Shown piece after piece: positions 1 through 8,933 of a stretch of DNA of 64,000 nt (position 1 is its first letter; every line of letters begins with the position of its first letter). The notes beneath the pieces are model-generated. The model was not told where the DNA came from. It did no database searches and saw only the letters and a program-made list of their open reading frames with translations. Origin of the DNA: a virus. The stretch spans positions 32,001 through 96,000 of IMG/VR virus record IMGVR_UViG_3300043788_000023; one strand, 5' to 3'. The translations under genes and the position numbers were made by a program.

Positions 1-2780
1 GCGGTTGGGGTGGTGAGGGACTTGGCCGTCACCAGCATCTCATCGGCACTCCTCACCACGTTCCACGACGGGTCAAATGCTGTTCCGATAGGAACCGTGA
101 CTGCAAGCGCCCACTCAAGGATACCGGACGGGCTTCCGGTTACGCTGGTAGTCGTCCCGCTTCCTACCGCTTCCACCGCGTTGTCAAACGCGAGACCTGT
201 CGTACCCACGGCAAGCGCCTCAACGACTGGCGCGACTGCCAAAATTTCTTCCGCTGCATTGAGAACAATGCTACCCCCAGAACCGTAGTACGACATTATG
301 ATCGTGTGCCACGGACCGGGGCTTGCCTGCGTCCAAGACGAGGTGTATGGACCGATGGTCGGAGCATTCTCCGAAGCCATGTCCATCTGGACGTTGCTGC
401 TAAATGGAAGCGTCTGGGACTGAAGCTGTGTGAATGAGTCAGTCAGGTTCGCGGGCGGATGATAAGCCACGTCAAAAGCCAGCAAAAGTTCCTTGTTCGT
501 CAAGGTGTAGAGTGTCTGGGAAGACCAAGACGTGCTGTTTCCGCTGTTGAGCAAGACTTGTTCAATCCCAACTGCGTCTTGGATTTCGGCAAAGAGCACG
601 GCGACGTTCGTATTGGTAACGAACGTCATTGAGATCGTCAGGGTACCCGAGGACTTGGCTTGGCTCGTGTACAGGGTAAACCCGTGAGTGTCACCACCGC
701 CGATAAAAAACTTTTGCAGGTTCCAACTGTTTCCTTGGTTGTCCGTGAAAGTGAGCGGGCGAGTCGCAGTCTGGTCTAACCCAACGAAAACCACAAGCTG
801 GTTCCCAGCCACTACGTTTGAGGGGTAAGAGAAACTGTACGAAGTGCCGCTGCTCAAGAAACTGTCTTGCTGAAGAACGGTTGGAGAAACACTCGGCTCG
901 GTTGTGATGGTGACCCCGAACCCGCCTGAATCTGTGATGGCAGTCCCGCCTGCGGTGTTGACAGCGAACGCGTCCGTGGAGTTGTTCCAAGTCAGCCCCG
1001 AAGCGCCTCCGAACGAACCCAAATTGTTGTACTGAATCTGCTGGTTGGTGCCGCCCGGTGTGCCTCCACCACCCCCACCGCCCGCTTGCCAGATTGGGTC
1101 CAAACCCACACCTTGGCTCGTGAGAACCCAGCCCGCCGTGCCGAGAGTGGACAGCGTATAGACATCGCTGCCGCCGTTTCCGATAACCACTGAGTGTGCC
1201 AAGAGCGGACCGCCAGTGTTCGTTACCGTGCCCGTGCCACTGACCGTAACCCACGAAGCCGCAGTTGGGCTTGTGGCTTGCAACACTTGGCTGGTTGAGG
1301 GAGGAGTGCTGCTGACCACCACGTTCCAGAGTTGCGTCGCTTCTACGGTACCAGTTCCCGACTGCGCGATGTGTGCGCCGGAGCCTACTGTCATCGTGGC
1401 GGTCGTGTTGGTTCCCGTCGTGATGGACGTGAATGTTGAGCCTCCGCTCGGCGTCTGCCAGTTGGCGGAAGTCGCGCTGGTAGCCGTGAGAACCTGCCCG
1501 GTGGTCGGAGCCGCAGCGTTTTTGACGACAACCGGGGAGCCTGTTGTTGCGAGCGATGTCGCCTCCACTATGCCCGTTCCGCTGGGCACGATGGACGCGC
1601 CGGAGCCTACGGTCATCGTAGCCGTCGTGTTGGTTGCTGACGTGATGGCGCTAAACGGTGCAGCGGTGGCGGTGATGGCTCCTGTGCCCGAGGCGATAAT
1701 CGCCGCGCCCGTACCCACAGTCATGATTGCGTTGTTGTTGGTCCCCGATTGAATGGCGCTAAACGACGAACTGCCGCCTCCGCCTGGCGTCTGCCAGTTC
1801 GCTGCGTTGAAGGCGGTCGCTGTGAGGACTTGCCCGGTGGTTGGCGGTGTGCTGCTTATCACGACGCCGAACAGTTCGTTCGCGTTGATCGTGCCCGAAC
1901 CAATGAAGGTGATAGCAGCCCCGGTGTTGACCGTCATGCTCGCCGTGCTGTTGGTGCCCGAGGTCAAGGCGCTGAACGAGGAGCCGCTGCCAGCATTTAT
2001 CCACCGTATCCCGGTCACCGTGGAGCTAAGAATCTGCCCGCTCGTTCCGACCGAGTTCGTGCCGTCCGCCAGCGTCCCGGTGATGTGCTCGTTGACCACA
2101 GTGTTTGTGCCGGAGAAGGATGGAGAAGCCAGAGGTGCTGCACCCGTGATCTGACCCACGGTGTAATCGCCAGTATTGGCGCTCACAGCCCCGGTGCGCC
2201 CGAATACGGAAATGACTTGGCCTGTCGGAGTGGCGGCCGTGAAAAGTCCTGTGCTTGCCGTGTAGCTAGTGAAGAACTGACCCGAAGGAGCCGTGAAGCT
2301 TTGCGCAAGCTGAGGCGTACCACTGATTTGGGCGTAGGAGTAGTCGCCAGTCTGCGGAAGAACCACACCGCTGCGACCGTTGAAGGACGTGACAGAGATC
2401 GTGTTGATGTCCGACGTCGTGAGGGCACGGAAGGTTGGCGCAGCGGAACCAGATGTCGGACCCGCGAACACCGTGTGGGCGCTCTGGTTCGCCAGTGATA
2501 GCGATAGGGTACCGCTGGTGACAACGGGCGACCCTGACACAGTGAAGATTGGGGGTGCGGCTAGGCTGACGCTGGTGACAGCAGTTGGGGGCATCAACCA
2601 CTGCAAATTGGCGGTGTTTCCGTTGTAGACCGAAGAAACGACTAGACTCTGACCGATCTGCGGGATGGTCGTAGGCAGCAGGTAGGTGAAGCCACCCCCG
2701 GAGGGCTGGCAACCGAAGGCGAAGGTGCCTCCCGAAGTGCCTATAAGTACGAGATTTCCGTTGACTCTCTGATCCGCCAT
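1..2780 (-). CDS. Long tail-fibre/adhesin-like virion protein (>926 aa, runs off the window; absent from the ORF track)
   Basis: Manual translation from ATG at 2780 (MADQRVNGNLVLIGTSGG...) stays open to the window edge. T/S/G-rich with repeats VTSFNGRSG/VISVFGRTG..GDY, SGTN..A.MTVG.GA.I..SGTG and PTTGQVLTAT...ANWQTP. N-terminus resembles that of 3001..5121. Confidence 0.75.
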   Translation of the reverse strand, partial: MADQRVNGNLVLIGTSGGTFAFGCQPSGGGFTYLLPTTIPQIGQSLVVSSVYNGNTANLQWLMPPTAVTSVSLAAPPIFTVSGSPVVTSGTLSLSLANQSAHTVFAGPTSGSAAPTFRALTTSDINTISVTSFNGRSGVVLPQTGDYSYAQISGTPQLAQSFTAPSGQFFTSYTASTGLFTAATPTGQVISVFGRTGAVSANTGDYTVGQITGAAPLASPSFSGTNTVVNEHITGTLADGTNSVGTSGQILSSTVTGIRWINAGSGSSFSALTSGTNSTASMTVNTGAAITFIGSGTINANELFGVVISSTPPTTGQVLTATAFNAANWQTPGGGGSSSFSAIQSGTNNNAIMTVGTGAAIIASGTGAITATAAPFSAITSATNTTATMTVGSGASIVPSGTGIVEATSLATTGSPVVVKNAAAPTTGQVLTATSATSANWQTPSGGSTFTSITTGTNTTATMTVGSGAHIAQSGTGTVEATQLWNVVVSSTPPSTSQVLQATSPTAASWVTVSGTGTVTNTGGPLLAHSVVIGNGGSDVYTLSTLGTAGWVLTSQGVGLDPIWQAGGGGGGGTPGGTNQQIQYNNLGSFGGASGLTWNNSTDAFAVNTAGGTAITDSGGFGVTITTEPSVSPTVLQQDSFLSSGTSYSFSYPSNVVAGNQLVVFVGLDQTATRPLTFTDNQGNSWNLQKFFIGGGDTHGFTLYTSQAKSSGTLTISMTFVTNTNVAVLFAEIQDAVGIEQVLLNSGNSTSWSSQTLYTLTNKELLLAFDVAYHPPANLTDSFTQLQSQTLPFSSNVQMDMASENAPTIGPYTSSWTQASPGPWHTIIMSYYGSGGSIVLNAAEEILAVAPVVEALAVGTTGLAFDNAVEAVGSGTTTSVTGSPSGILEWALAVTVPIGTAFDPSWNVVRSADEMLVTAKSLTTPT

Positions 2781-2824
2781 GCGATTGAGCCTCACAAAAG
2801 GGAACGGAAGTTAGACCGCTGGCT

Positions 2825-3001
2825 CTACTTCCCGCCCGTCAGCAGGCGGACGAACTTCATTGAGACGTGCATCAATTTCAGGATGTCCGCGAGGTAGTGG
2901 ATCAGGACGTTCGTGATGATGGTGATGGCAAGGGACACGCCGATGCTGATCAGGAAATGATCGGCGTGCGCCTTGACGTAAGCCTTGACCCTAGACCACA
3001 T
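2825..3001 (-). CDS. Small membrane protein, 58 aa (holin-like?)
   Basis: Manual ORF MWSRVKAYVKAHADHFLISIGVSLAITIITNVLIHYL...; ATG overlaps upstream TAA (TAATG); one hydrophobic helix. Confidence 0.55.
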   Translation of the reverse strand: MWSRVKAYVKAHADHFLISIGVSLAITIITNVLIHYLADILKLMHVSMKFVRLLTGGK

Positions 3002-5121
3002 TAGCCGATGACGATGTAGTTGAACACGATGGACGTTCCGGGCGTCGTGTTGACGTGGACCGTGATGCCCGATACCGATGTCGTGACCCAGTACGCGACG
3101 ATGCCCGCCACGCTTGGATCGCTCGTCGGCGTGACAACCACAATCGGAGCCGACGCGAACGAACGGCTGAAGTTGAACGTGCCCGTTGTTGCCGGGTTGG
3201 TGACTGTGATCGTTCCACGGACGTCTGTGTTACCCGTGAACTGAATGTTGGCACCGAGGGAGAAGTTACCGTTGGTACCCGTGACGAGAGCCGCGCTGGC
3301 TGTGATGTTGCCCGCGCCGGAGGTCTCAAGCAGGATGCCGCCCTCAACGCTGCCGACGATGAGAGCGTTCGCCGCCGCGTTGTCTTGCAGAGCCACGCCG
3401 TCCGATGCCAAGGCAGTGCCGACATTGACGCCGCGTGCGGTGTTGGAACCGGAGATGAGGACGCCGCCCACGCTTTCGCTGATTGACAGTGCGCTGCCGT
3501 TTCCGATAACCGTGGCGGGCAGAGTTACTGTGCCCGTGAACGTCGGGGAAGCCTTTGGAGCCAACAGGGCATCCGCTGCGTCCACATAAGCCTTGGTCGT
3601 CGCGTCGGTCGGGTTGACCGGGGTGGGGACAGTGACCGTGCCCGTGAACGTCGGAGACGCCTTAGGAGCGAGGCTGGAGAGCAGCGTGCCGGAGTCAACC
3701 ACGTTGCTGTTCGCATCGTAGGTAACCACATCGCCAGTGACGGTCGCTCCAGTGTTGGTCAACTGAACCGCGTTGCCGTTGCCCTGCTTGGAGTTGATCT
3801 GCGAGATCGCCAGCGTACCACCAAGGTCAGCAAATGCGACCGTGACGTTGCTGGACAGAGCGTGACCATTGACCGTTGTAGTCTTCGGTACAAGCAACCC
3901 TTCGGCCGTTGTTGCACGGCTTGTCTCAACTCCGACTGCCGCGTCGGCGTAGGCCGTCGTGGCGATCTTGGTCGAGTTGTCAAGAGCCGCTGCCGTAGGC
4001 GCGGTCGGCGTGCCTGTGAGAGCCGGGGAAGCCAGAGGTGCCGCGCCCGTGACCTGTGCCACGCTGTAGTCGCCGGAAGCCGGGAGCACCGCGCCGCTGC
4101 GACCGTTGAAAGATGTGACTCCTGCTGCGCCGCCGAGGCTGCTGAGCAGGACACCAGACGACACAACGTTTCCGTTGGAGTCATAGATGACCACATCGCC
4201 AGCAGCGATGACGCCCTGCTGAACCGGGGCGTTGATGACCGTTGCCGTGCTGATCGTAACCGCCCCAGTGTTTGCGAGCAGGCGACCGTTGTAGATACCG
4301 CCGTCAACCGTGATGGATGTGTGGGCGAGAATGTTGCCGTTGAACAGCGTGCCAGCGTTGGCTGCTGCGGTCATTGAACTTCCGCAGACGAAGACCACGT
4401 TTGCCGCAGTCGCGCCGTTCGTCAGGGCGATCTGTGATGCGCCCGTCAGGGTCAGCGTTGTTGCCATGAGGAACACGTAGGTGCCCGCGCCGTTCAGCGT
4501 CAAGGTTCCACCGCTGATGGTCATGGTGCCGCTGAGTGTGCTGTAGACGCCCGGAGCCAAAACTTGGGCGTCAAGTGCCGTGGGGATGGTCGTGCCCGGA
4601 CCCATCGCTTGGTAAGCCGCGATTGCCGCTGCCAAGTCAGTCTGGTTCTGAGCAACTGCCGTGACGACTGTCGTGCCGCCGTCAAGCGTCCAAGCCGGGG
4701 TGCCCGGCGTGATGGTGTTGGTCGGGTAGGAACCGATGTTCCCACCGTTGATCACCGTGCTGGAACCGTCAGAGTTCGTGACAGCCGATGCGCCGAGGAT
4801 CGTGTAGCTTGCCGCCGTCAACAGAGCCGTGGTGACAGGCGATGGCGGTGCGCTGCCAGTCGTCAACTGCACCTTGGAACCGTTGCCTTGGACACTGCCC
4901 GCGTTGAAGCTGCCGACCGTGAGGTTGGCGTTCGGGCTTACCCAGTTCAGGAATATGTTGTTGCCGTTAACCGCCTGCGCGGACAATGCCTGCCCAACGA
5001 TGGGCGGGATGTTCGGCAGCAGGAATGTCAAACCGCCAGCGATACCTTGGGCTTGAAGCGTTGCCTGTCCGGCGACGCTACCTGTGAATGTAATCGAGTT
5101 CACTACTGGATTGTTTGCCAT
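3001..5121 (-). CDS. Fibre-like virion protein with inserted ice-binding (DUF3494/IBP) domain
   Basis: SYTILGASAVTN...LAPGVY...LTLNGAGTYVF...LTNGATAANVVF...FNGNILAHTSIT...NGRLLANTGAVT is a typical DUF3494 beta-solenoid. Tail-fibre motifs APLASPALTGTPTAPT...TKIATTAY and ATTKAYVD; C-terminal gp53/H-lectin-like FSRSFASAPIVVVTP. Confidence 0.8.
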   Translation of the reverse strand: MANNPVVNSITFTGSVAGQATLQAQGIAGGLTFLLPNIPPIVGQALSAQAVNGNNIFLNWVSPNANLTVGSFNAGSVQGNGSKVQLTTGSAPPSPVTTALLTAASYTILGASAVTNSDGSSTVINGGNIGSYPTNTITPGTPAWTLDGGTTVVTAVAQNQTDLAAAIAAYQAMGPGTTIPTALDAQVLAPGVYSTLSGTMTISGGTLTLNGAGTYVFLMATTLTLTGASQIALTNGATAANVVFVCGSSMTAAANAGTLFNGNILAHTSITVDGGIYNGRLLANTGAVTISTATVINAPVQQGVIAAGDVVIYDSNGNVVSSGVLLSSLGGAAGVTSFNGRSGAVLPASGDYSVAQVTGAAPLASPALTGTPTAPTAAALDNSTKIATTAYADAAVGVETSRATTAEGLLVPKTTTVNGHALSSNVTVAFADLGGTLAISQINSKQGNGNAVQLTNTGATVTGDVVTYDANSNVVDSGTLLSSLAPKASPTFTGTVTVPTPVNPTDATTKAYVDAADALLAPKASPTFTGTVTLPATVIGNGSALSISESVGGVLISGSNTARGVNVGTALASDGVALQDNAAANALIVGSVEGGILLETSGAGNITASAALVTGTNGNFSLGANIQFTGNTDVRGTITVTNPATTGTFNFSRSFASAPIVVVTPTSDPSVAGIVAYWVTTSVSGITVHVNTTPGTSIVFNYIVIG

Positions 5122-5171
5122 GTCTTTGTTTTCTCCAAATCCTCTATAAAACTGTGCGAAAGTCTAAATCC

Positions 5172-5909
5172 TTACAGGTTCCTCACGTAAACCCAGATGA
5201 GGTTTGAGCTTGTGAGAAACTGAACTTGCCCGTTCGCCTGCGTGAACACGGACGACGGAAGAACTAGGAACTCCACCGATCCGGCTCCGAGGGGAATGCT
5301 GTAGTCGTCCACGTCGGATTTGCGACCCGTGCAAGCGTCGGGCGCAGAGTAGAGCGTCACGTTCGCCTCAGAGTCAACGTAAGCTGCCCAGAACGCGGGC
5401 GTATGCGGCTTTGTGTTAGAGTTTGACGCGAGGGAGATAAATGCCCCTGCCGTGTTGCTCGCCGTTCCCGTGTCAGCAGCGGACACGTAGTCGGCGTGAG
5501 CGAAGGTGAAGCTGAACTGGGTTCCAGTTGCGGACGTAACCGTAACGGACTGACCATTCAAGAAAGTTGCGGTGGTGAGACCAGCGAGATTCACAACTTC
5601 GCCGACTGTGAACGTGTTGACCGCCAAGAGGGTTGCCACGTTGGTGGTAATTGCCACGTTGGTGATTGTCGCTGAGTCGCCAGCGAAGTTCACTACTGAA
5701 CCCTTCGGATACGTTACGCTCATGTTCCAATTCAAGGCGCTCGTCGCGGGGTAGCAGTAGAACGTCACGAGGTCACGGTTCGTCGCCGTGTAGAAGTTGC
5801 CGTTCGCCGGATCGGTCTGAGTGTAGACCGGGTTGAGAGCGGTTCCGCTGCCCGGCCCAGTGGGCAGGAGCGTGAGCGCTGGAGTGTTCGGTACCGATGT
5901 CATTGGCAT
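5172..5909 (-). CDS. Virion structural protein with CBM5/12-like motif and inserted ~70-aa beta module
   Basis: WNMSVTYPKGSVV...AFISL...FW pattern interrupted by the ITNV..NTFTVGEVV.L.G...FLNG..DTGTA module. Confidence 0.5.
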   Translation of the reverse strand: MPMTSVPNTPALTLLPTGPGSGTALNPVYTQTDPANGNFYTATNRDLVTFYCYPATSALNWNMSVTYPKGSVVNFAGDSATITNVAITTNVATLLAVNTFTVGEVVNLAGLTTATFLNGQSVTVTSATGTQFSFTFAHADYVSAADTGTASNTAGAFISLASNSNTKPHTPAFWAAYVDSEANVTLYSAPDACTGRKSDVDDYSIPLGAGSVEFLVLPSSVFTQANGQVQFLTSSNLIWVYVRNL

Positions 5910-5913
5910 AGTC

Positions 5914-6096
5914 TTATTCCTTCTTGTCCTTGATGGAAGCTTTGAACTTCCTGAATTCCTTCCACTCCGTGTCCCAGAAATGCTCGGCCAGCTTGTCCCA
6001 CAGGGACTTCACAAATGAACCGATAGTCAGTCCACCGCCGATGAGCAGGTAGTGGATGACACGGTCGTCCAAGTCCATGTGAGGATGCGGGATCAT
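5914..6096 (-). CDS. Small membrane protein, 60 aa
   Basis: ATGA overlap with upstream stop at 6093; hydrophobic IHYLLIGGGLTIGSFV followed by a basic tail. Confidence 0.5.
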   Translation of the reverse strand: MIPHPHMDLDDRVIHYLLIGGGLTIGSFVKSLWDKLAEHFWDTEWKEFRKFKASIKDKKE

Positions 6097-6719
6097 TGAA
6101 TTATCTTTGACATCCCCAAAGCCGTCATATAGGTTCCCGTAAAGTTCGCGGCGTCTGTCAAGCTTGTTCCAGTTGTGTTGTCCACGAGCGCAACACCGCC
6201 GAATCCGTATCCGGCAGGCAGCGTCATTGTGGCTTGGTTGCGCAGTGTCCCGGTGTTCGCGGTGAAAACCGGAAGGATGTTGAGTGTCTGGCAGCATAGA
6301 GCACTGGGTAGCCAATTACCCGACGTGACTGTGATAGCGCCTGTCGTAACAGGCGACGCCGCTACCACTGCCCCGATGTTGTTCGTGGACTGTGTCGCAA
6401 CGCCCGAATACTCCCCGAGGACGGCGCAGATGTTGGTAGCCGTCGTAGCGTGTATGACGACCGAGGTCACACCCGTGGGGGCGACGCTTGTCGTAAAGGC
6501 TAGGAACATGCTACCGCAAGTGTTTGCTACCCCTCCTGCGCCCAACGACCAAGCGTTGGAGGCAGAGTCCGTGATAGAGGTGATGTTCGAGGTACCGTTG
6601 AAGGCAAGAAACGCCAGATAAAGGGCGTTGTTGGTCGTGCTGGTATAGGTGATCGTCAGGGTCGTTGCCGTCCCTGCTCCAGTTGAAGCTGTTGCGCCAC
6701 CTACGTATGCTATCGCCAT
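6093..6719 (-). CDS. Beta-rich virion/tail-fibre accessory protein
   Basis: 208 aa, T/A/G-rich, MAIAYV start, SITDSASNAW motif similar to a domain of the 1..2780 protein. Confidence 0.55.
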   Translation of the reverse strand: MAIAYVGGATASTGAGTATTLTITYTSTTNNALYLAFLAFNGTSNITSITDSASNAWSLGAGGVANTCGSMFLAFTTSVAPTGVTSVVIHATTATNICAVLGEYSGVATQSTNNIGAVVAASPVTTGAITVTSGNWLPSALCCQTLNILPVFTANTGTLRNQATMTLPAGYGFGGVALVDNTTGTSLTDAANFTGTYMTALGMSKIIQ

Positions 6720-6741
6720 CGGATCGCCTCTTCAGTTCCTC

Positions 6742-7038
6742 TTACTTCGCTGCTGGTGCAGCCGGGGTAGCAGGTGCCGCTACCGGAGCCGGGTTTGCCT
6801 TCACGTACAAGTACGCCGCGAGACCACCGCTGCAAATAGAAACGAGGATGAGCAGGTCAATTTCGCTGTGCAGACCGTTGGTCAGATTGAACTTGCTGTA
6901 GTCAAGCACCGAAGCGCCGACCACGGACGAAAGACCGGACCACGCGCCGTGCAGAGCCGCCTTACCTGCTGCTCCGACATAAACGACCCAACGCTTTCCG
7001 TCAGCCTCAGCAGCCTTAAACCAAGATGAAATGGACAT
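6742..7038 (-). CDS. Holin-like membrane protein
   Basis: 98 aa, two hydrophobic segments, Pro/Ala tail; SD GGAGG and late motif upstream. Confidence 0.45.
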   Translation of the reverse strand: MSISSWFKAAEADGKRWVVYVGAAGKAALHGAWSGLSSVVGASVLDYSKFNLTNGLHSEIDLLILVSICSGGLAAYLYVKANPAPVAAPATPAAPAAK

Positions 7039-7114
7039 GGGAACCCTCCTACAAAGGGAGGCGATAGGCAGGAAACGGCATCGCTAATTGCCGCTTTTTA
7101 GGGGATTTATAAGG

Positions 7115-7840
7115 CTAGTGCTGGTCGTAGTGGATTAGCTCAAAGCGACCGTCTTCGTGTTCAACGATGGCAGTCAGGGATTCTACCCAGTCGCCACAGT
7201 TAAAATACCCAGTGTCTTCGTCCAACGCCGGGGTGTGGATATGCCCGCAGATGACGCCGTCCGCGCCCTCGCTTTTGGCAAGCTCAAGCAGGGACTCTTC
7301 AAAATCCCCTACATAGGCGACCGCTTCCTTGACCCGCCTCTTGATGAGAGCCGAGAATGACCGGAACTTCATGCCGAACAGCCTGCGGAACCAGTTCACG
7401 GAGGTGTTGAGCCGGACGAGCCAGTCGTAGAGGAATGAGCCTACCTTGGCAAGCCACTTGGCGTGCCCCATGACCGGGTCAAAGAGGTCACCATGGATGA
7501 CCAAAAGCTTGCGACCAAGCAGCCCCGTGAAGACGCACTTTTCCACGATCTCGATGTTGCCGAGTTCAAAGCCTTCAAAAAACCTGATTTCCGGGTCGTG
7601 GTTGCCTGGTAGGATCACAAACTTGGTGCCTTTACGAGCCTTGCGAAGGATTTTCTGGATGACTGTGTTCGCCTCAAGGGGCCAAAAACGTGAACGCCTG
7701 ACCTCCCACAGCCCGAGGAAGTCGCCGACGATGTACCAAGTGTCGGCTTCGTTGTCCCGTAGGAAGTTCAGCAGAGCCGAATAGTTGCACGCCCCGCCGA
7801 GGTGAGTGTCGCTGATGAAGATAGTCCGGTAGTGTGGCAT
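7115..7840 (-). CDS. Calcineurin-like metallophosphoesterase, UDP-2,3-diacylglucosamine hydrolase (LpxH/COG2908)-like
   Basis: Motifs FISDTHLG, VGDF, PGNHD, IHGDLFD, ICGHIH, NCGDWVESLTA. Confidence 0.85.
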   Translation of the reverse strand: MPHYRTIFISDTHLGGACNYSALLNFLRDNEADTWYIVGDFLGLWEVRRSRFWPLEANTVIQKILRKARKGTKFVILPGNHDPEIRFFEGFELGNIEIVEKCVFTGLLGRKLLVIHGDLFDPVMGHAKWLAKVGSFLYDWLVRLNTSVNWFRRLFGMKFRSFSALIKRRVKEAVAYVGDFEESLLELAKSEGADGVICGHIHTPALDEDTGYFNCGDWVESLTAIVEHEDGRFELIHYDQH

Positions 7841-7880
7841 CTGCTTATTAGATGAAAATACGTGTTACAGTCAGGTGAAT

Positions 7881-8672
7881 TTACTCGCAACTCTGGATGA
7901 ACGACCCGATGAGCGCGGGGGTTACGGGCGAGCAGGAGTTGCCTAGCGCCCTAAGTCTGTGTGTCCAATCGGGAATCCCATAAACTGTTCGGAAGCCTCG
8001 GGCGTAGGCAGCAGCTTCGGATTCTTCTGAATCACCGTCCGAACGAGCATTTCCTGCGCCCAGTTCATGCTGCCAGTAACGCCAGTCTTGGCACGCTTGC
8101 GCCACCTTCCTTTGGACGTCTGGTGGAAGCGATCCCCCGCCCACTCCTTCTCCAAGGCGTTGATGTAGGTCGGAGTTGTCGTGACTGTTGTCGTGAGCGA
8201 GGATGAAAACACGTTCCCTTTTGAACGGCGCACCGAAGGTTTCAAGACCCACCACGGACGCCCAGCAGGAGTAGCCTGTTCCTTCCAAGTCACCGATGAC
8301 CCGATCAGCGCCTTTATTCTTGAGGTCAGGAACGTTCTCAACGAGGACCCAACGGGGTCGGAGTTCTCGGACGATGCGGGCGTACTCAAACCAGAGACCG
8401 CTTCGCTCAAAGAGTCCACGTTCTTTGCCTCCGGCTGCACGGCTGAGGTCTTGGCAGGGGAAACCACCGCTGATGAGGTCAACTGGCTTGAGGTTGTGCT
8501 TGCCAACATCTTTGACGTTGGGGAATCTTGGGACATCGGGCCACCTTTTGGCGAGGACTTTATTGCAAAAGGGGTCTTTCTCAACTTGCCATAGGGTATC
8601 AAACCCAGCCCATTCCAGACCGAGATCAATGCCGCCAATGCCTGTGAAGAGGCTGCCATGAGTCAAACCCAT
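7881..8672 (-). CDS. dcm: DNA (cytosine-5) methyltransferase, alpha-like polypeptide
   Basis: Motif I FTGIGG, IV GFPCQDLS, VI ENV, VIII RERVF, X RLRALGNS; no recognisable motif IX or long TRD. Confidence 0.9.
   Translation of the reverse strand: MGLTHGSLFTGIGGIDLGLEWAGFDTLWQVEKDPFCNKVLAKRWPDVPRFPNVKDVGKHNLKPVDLISGGFPCQDLSRAAGGKERGLFERSGLWFEYARIVRELRPRWVLVENVPDLKNKGADRVIGDLEGTGYSCWASVVGLETFGAPFKRERVFILAHDNSHDNSDLHQRLGEGVGGGSLPPDVQRKVAQACQDWRYWQHELGAGNARSDGDSEESEAAAYARGFRTVYGIPDWTHRLRALGNSCSPVTPALIGSFIQSCE
7943..8536 (-). CDS. Putative methyltransferase beta polypeptide in overlapping alternative frame
   Basis: Nested ORF with AAAAGGTGG 4 nt before ATG 8536; ends LPTPEASEQFMGFPIGHTDL, which is motif IX-like. 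Same arrangement as M.EcoHK31I alpha/beta. Confidence 0.65.
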   Translation of the reverse strand: MSQDSPTSKMLASTTSSQLTSSAVVSPAKTSAVQPEAKNVDSLSEAVSGLSTPASSENSDPVGSSLRTFLTSRIKALIGSSVTWKEQATPAGRPWWVLKPSVRRSKGNVFSSSLTTTVTTTPTYINALEKEWAGDRFHQTSKGRWRKRAKTGVTGSMNWAQEMLVRTVIQKNPKLLPTPEASEQFMGFPIGHTDLGR

Positions 8673-8705
8673 GAGCCTTAATACTGCGAGAAGGGCGCTA
8701 TCGGT

Positions 8706-8924
8706 TTAGAACGAGCAGTCTGGGACAAGACGCCATGATTTCAGGAGCGTCTCTGGTATGTAAAGCGTGTTTTTGTGTGCGGCCGCCCACACTCGAAGCT
8801 CCTCGGATCGGAGGTATTGGTCGGGAGTCAACCCAAGCTCCCTGACCTTAAGCTCAAAGGCACAGACGGTGGGCGGTGCTACTTCTGACTGGTCTTTCCC
8901 CCAGTTGGGGTTTCCTCGTGGCAT
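8706..8924 (-). CDS. Hypothetical protein, 72 aa
   Basis: AAGGAG SD, fills the gap between neighbours. Confidence 0.6.
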   Translation of the reverse strand: MPRGNPNWGKDQSEVAPPTVCAFELKVRELGLTPDQYLRSEELRVWAAAHKNTLYIPETLLKSWRLVPDCSF

Positions 8925-8933
8925 AGGTCTCCT

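Noticed and set aside
10-2712. Multiple short ORFs listed in the track at the window start
   Set aside because: All overlap the single uninterrupted minus-strand fibre ORF from 2780, which the track missed because it has no stop within the window.
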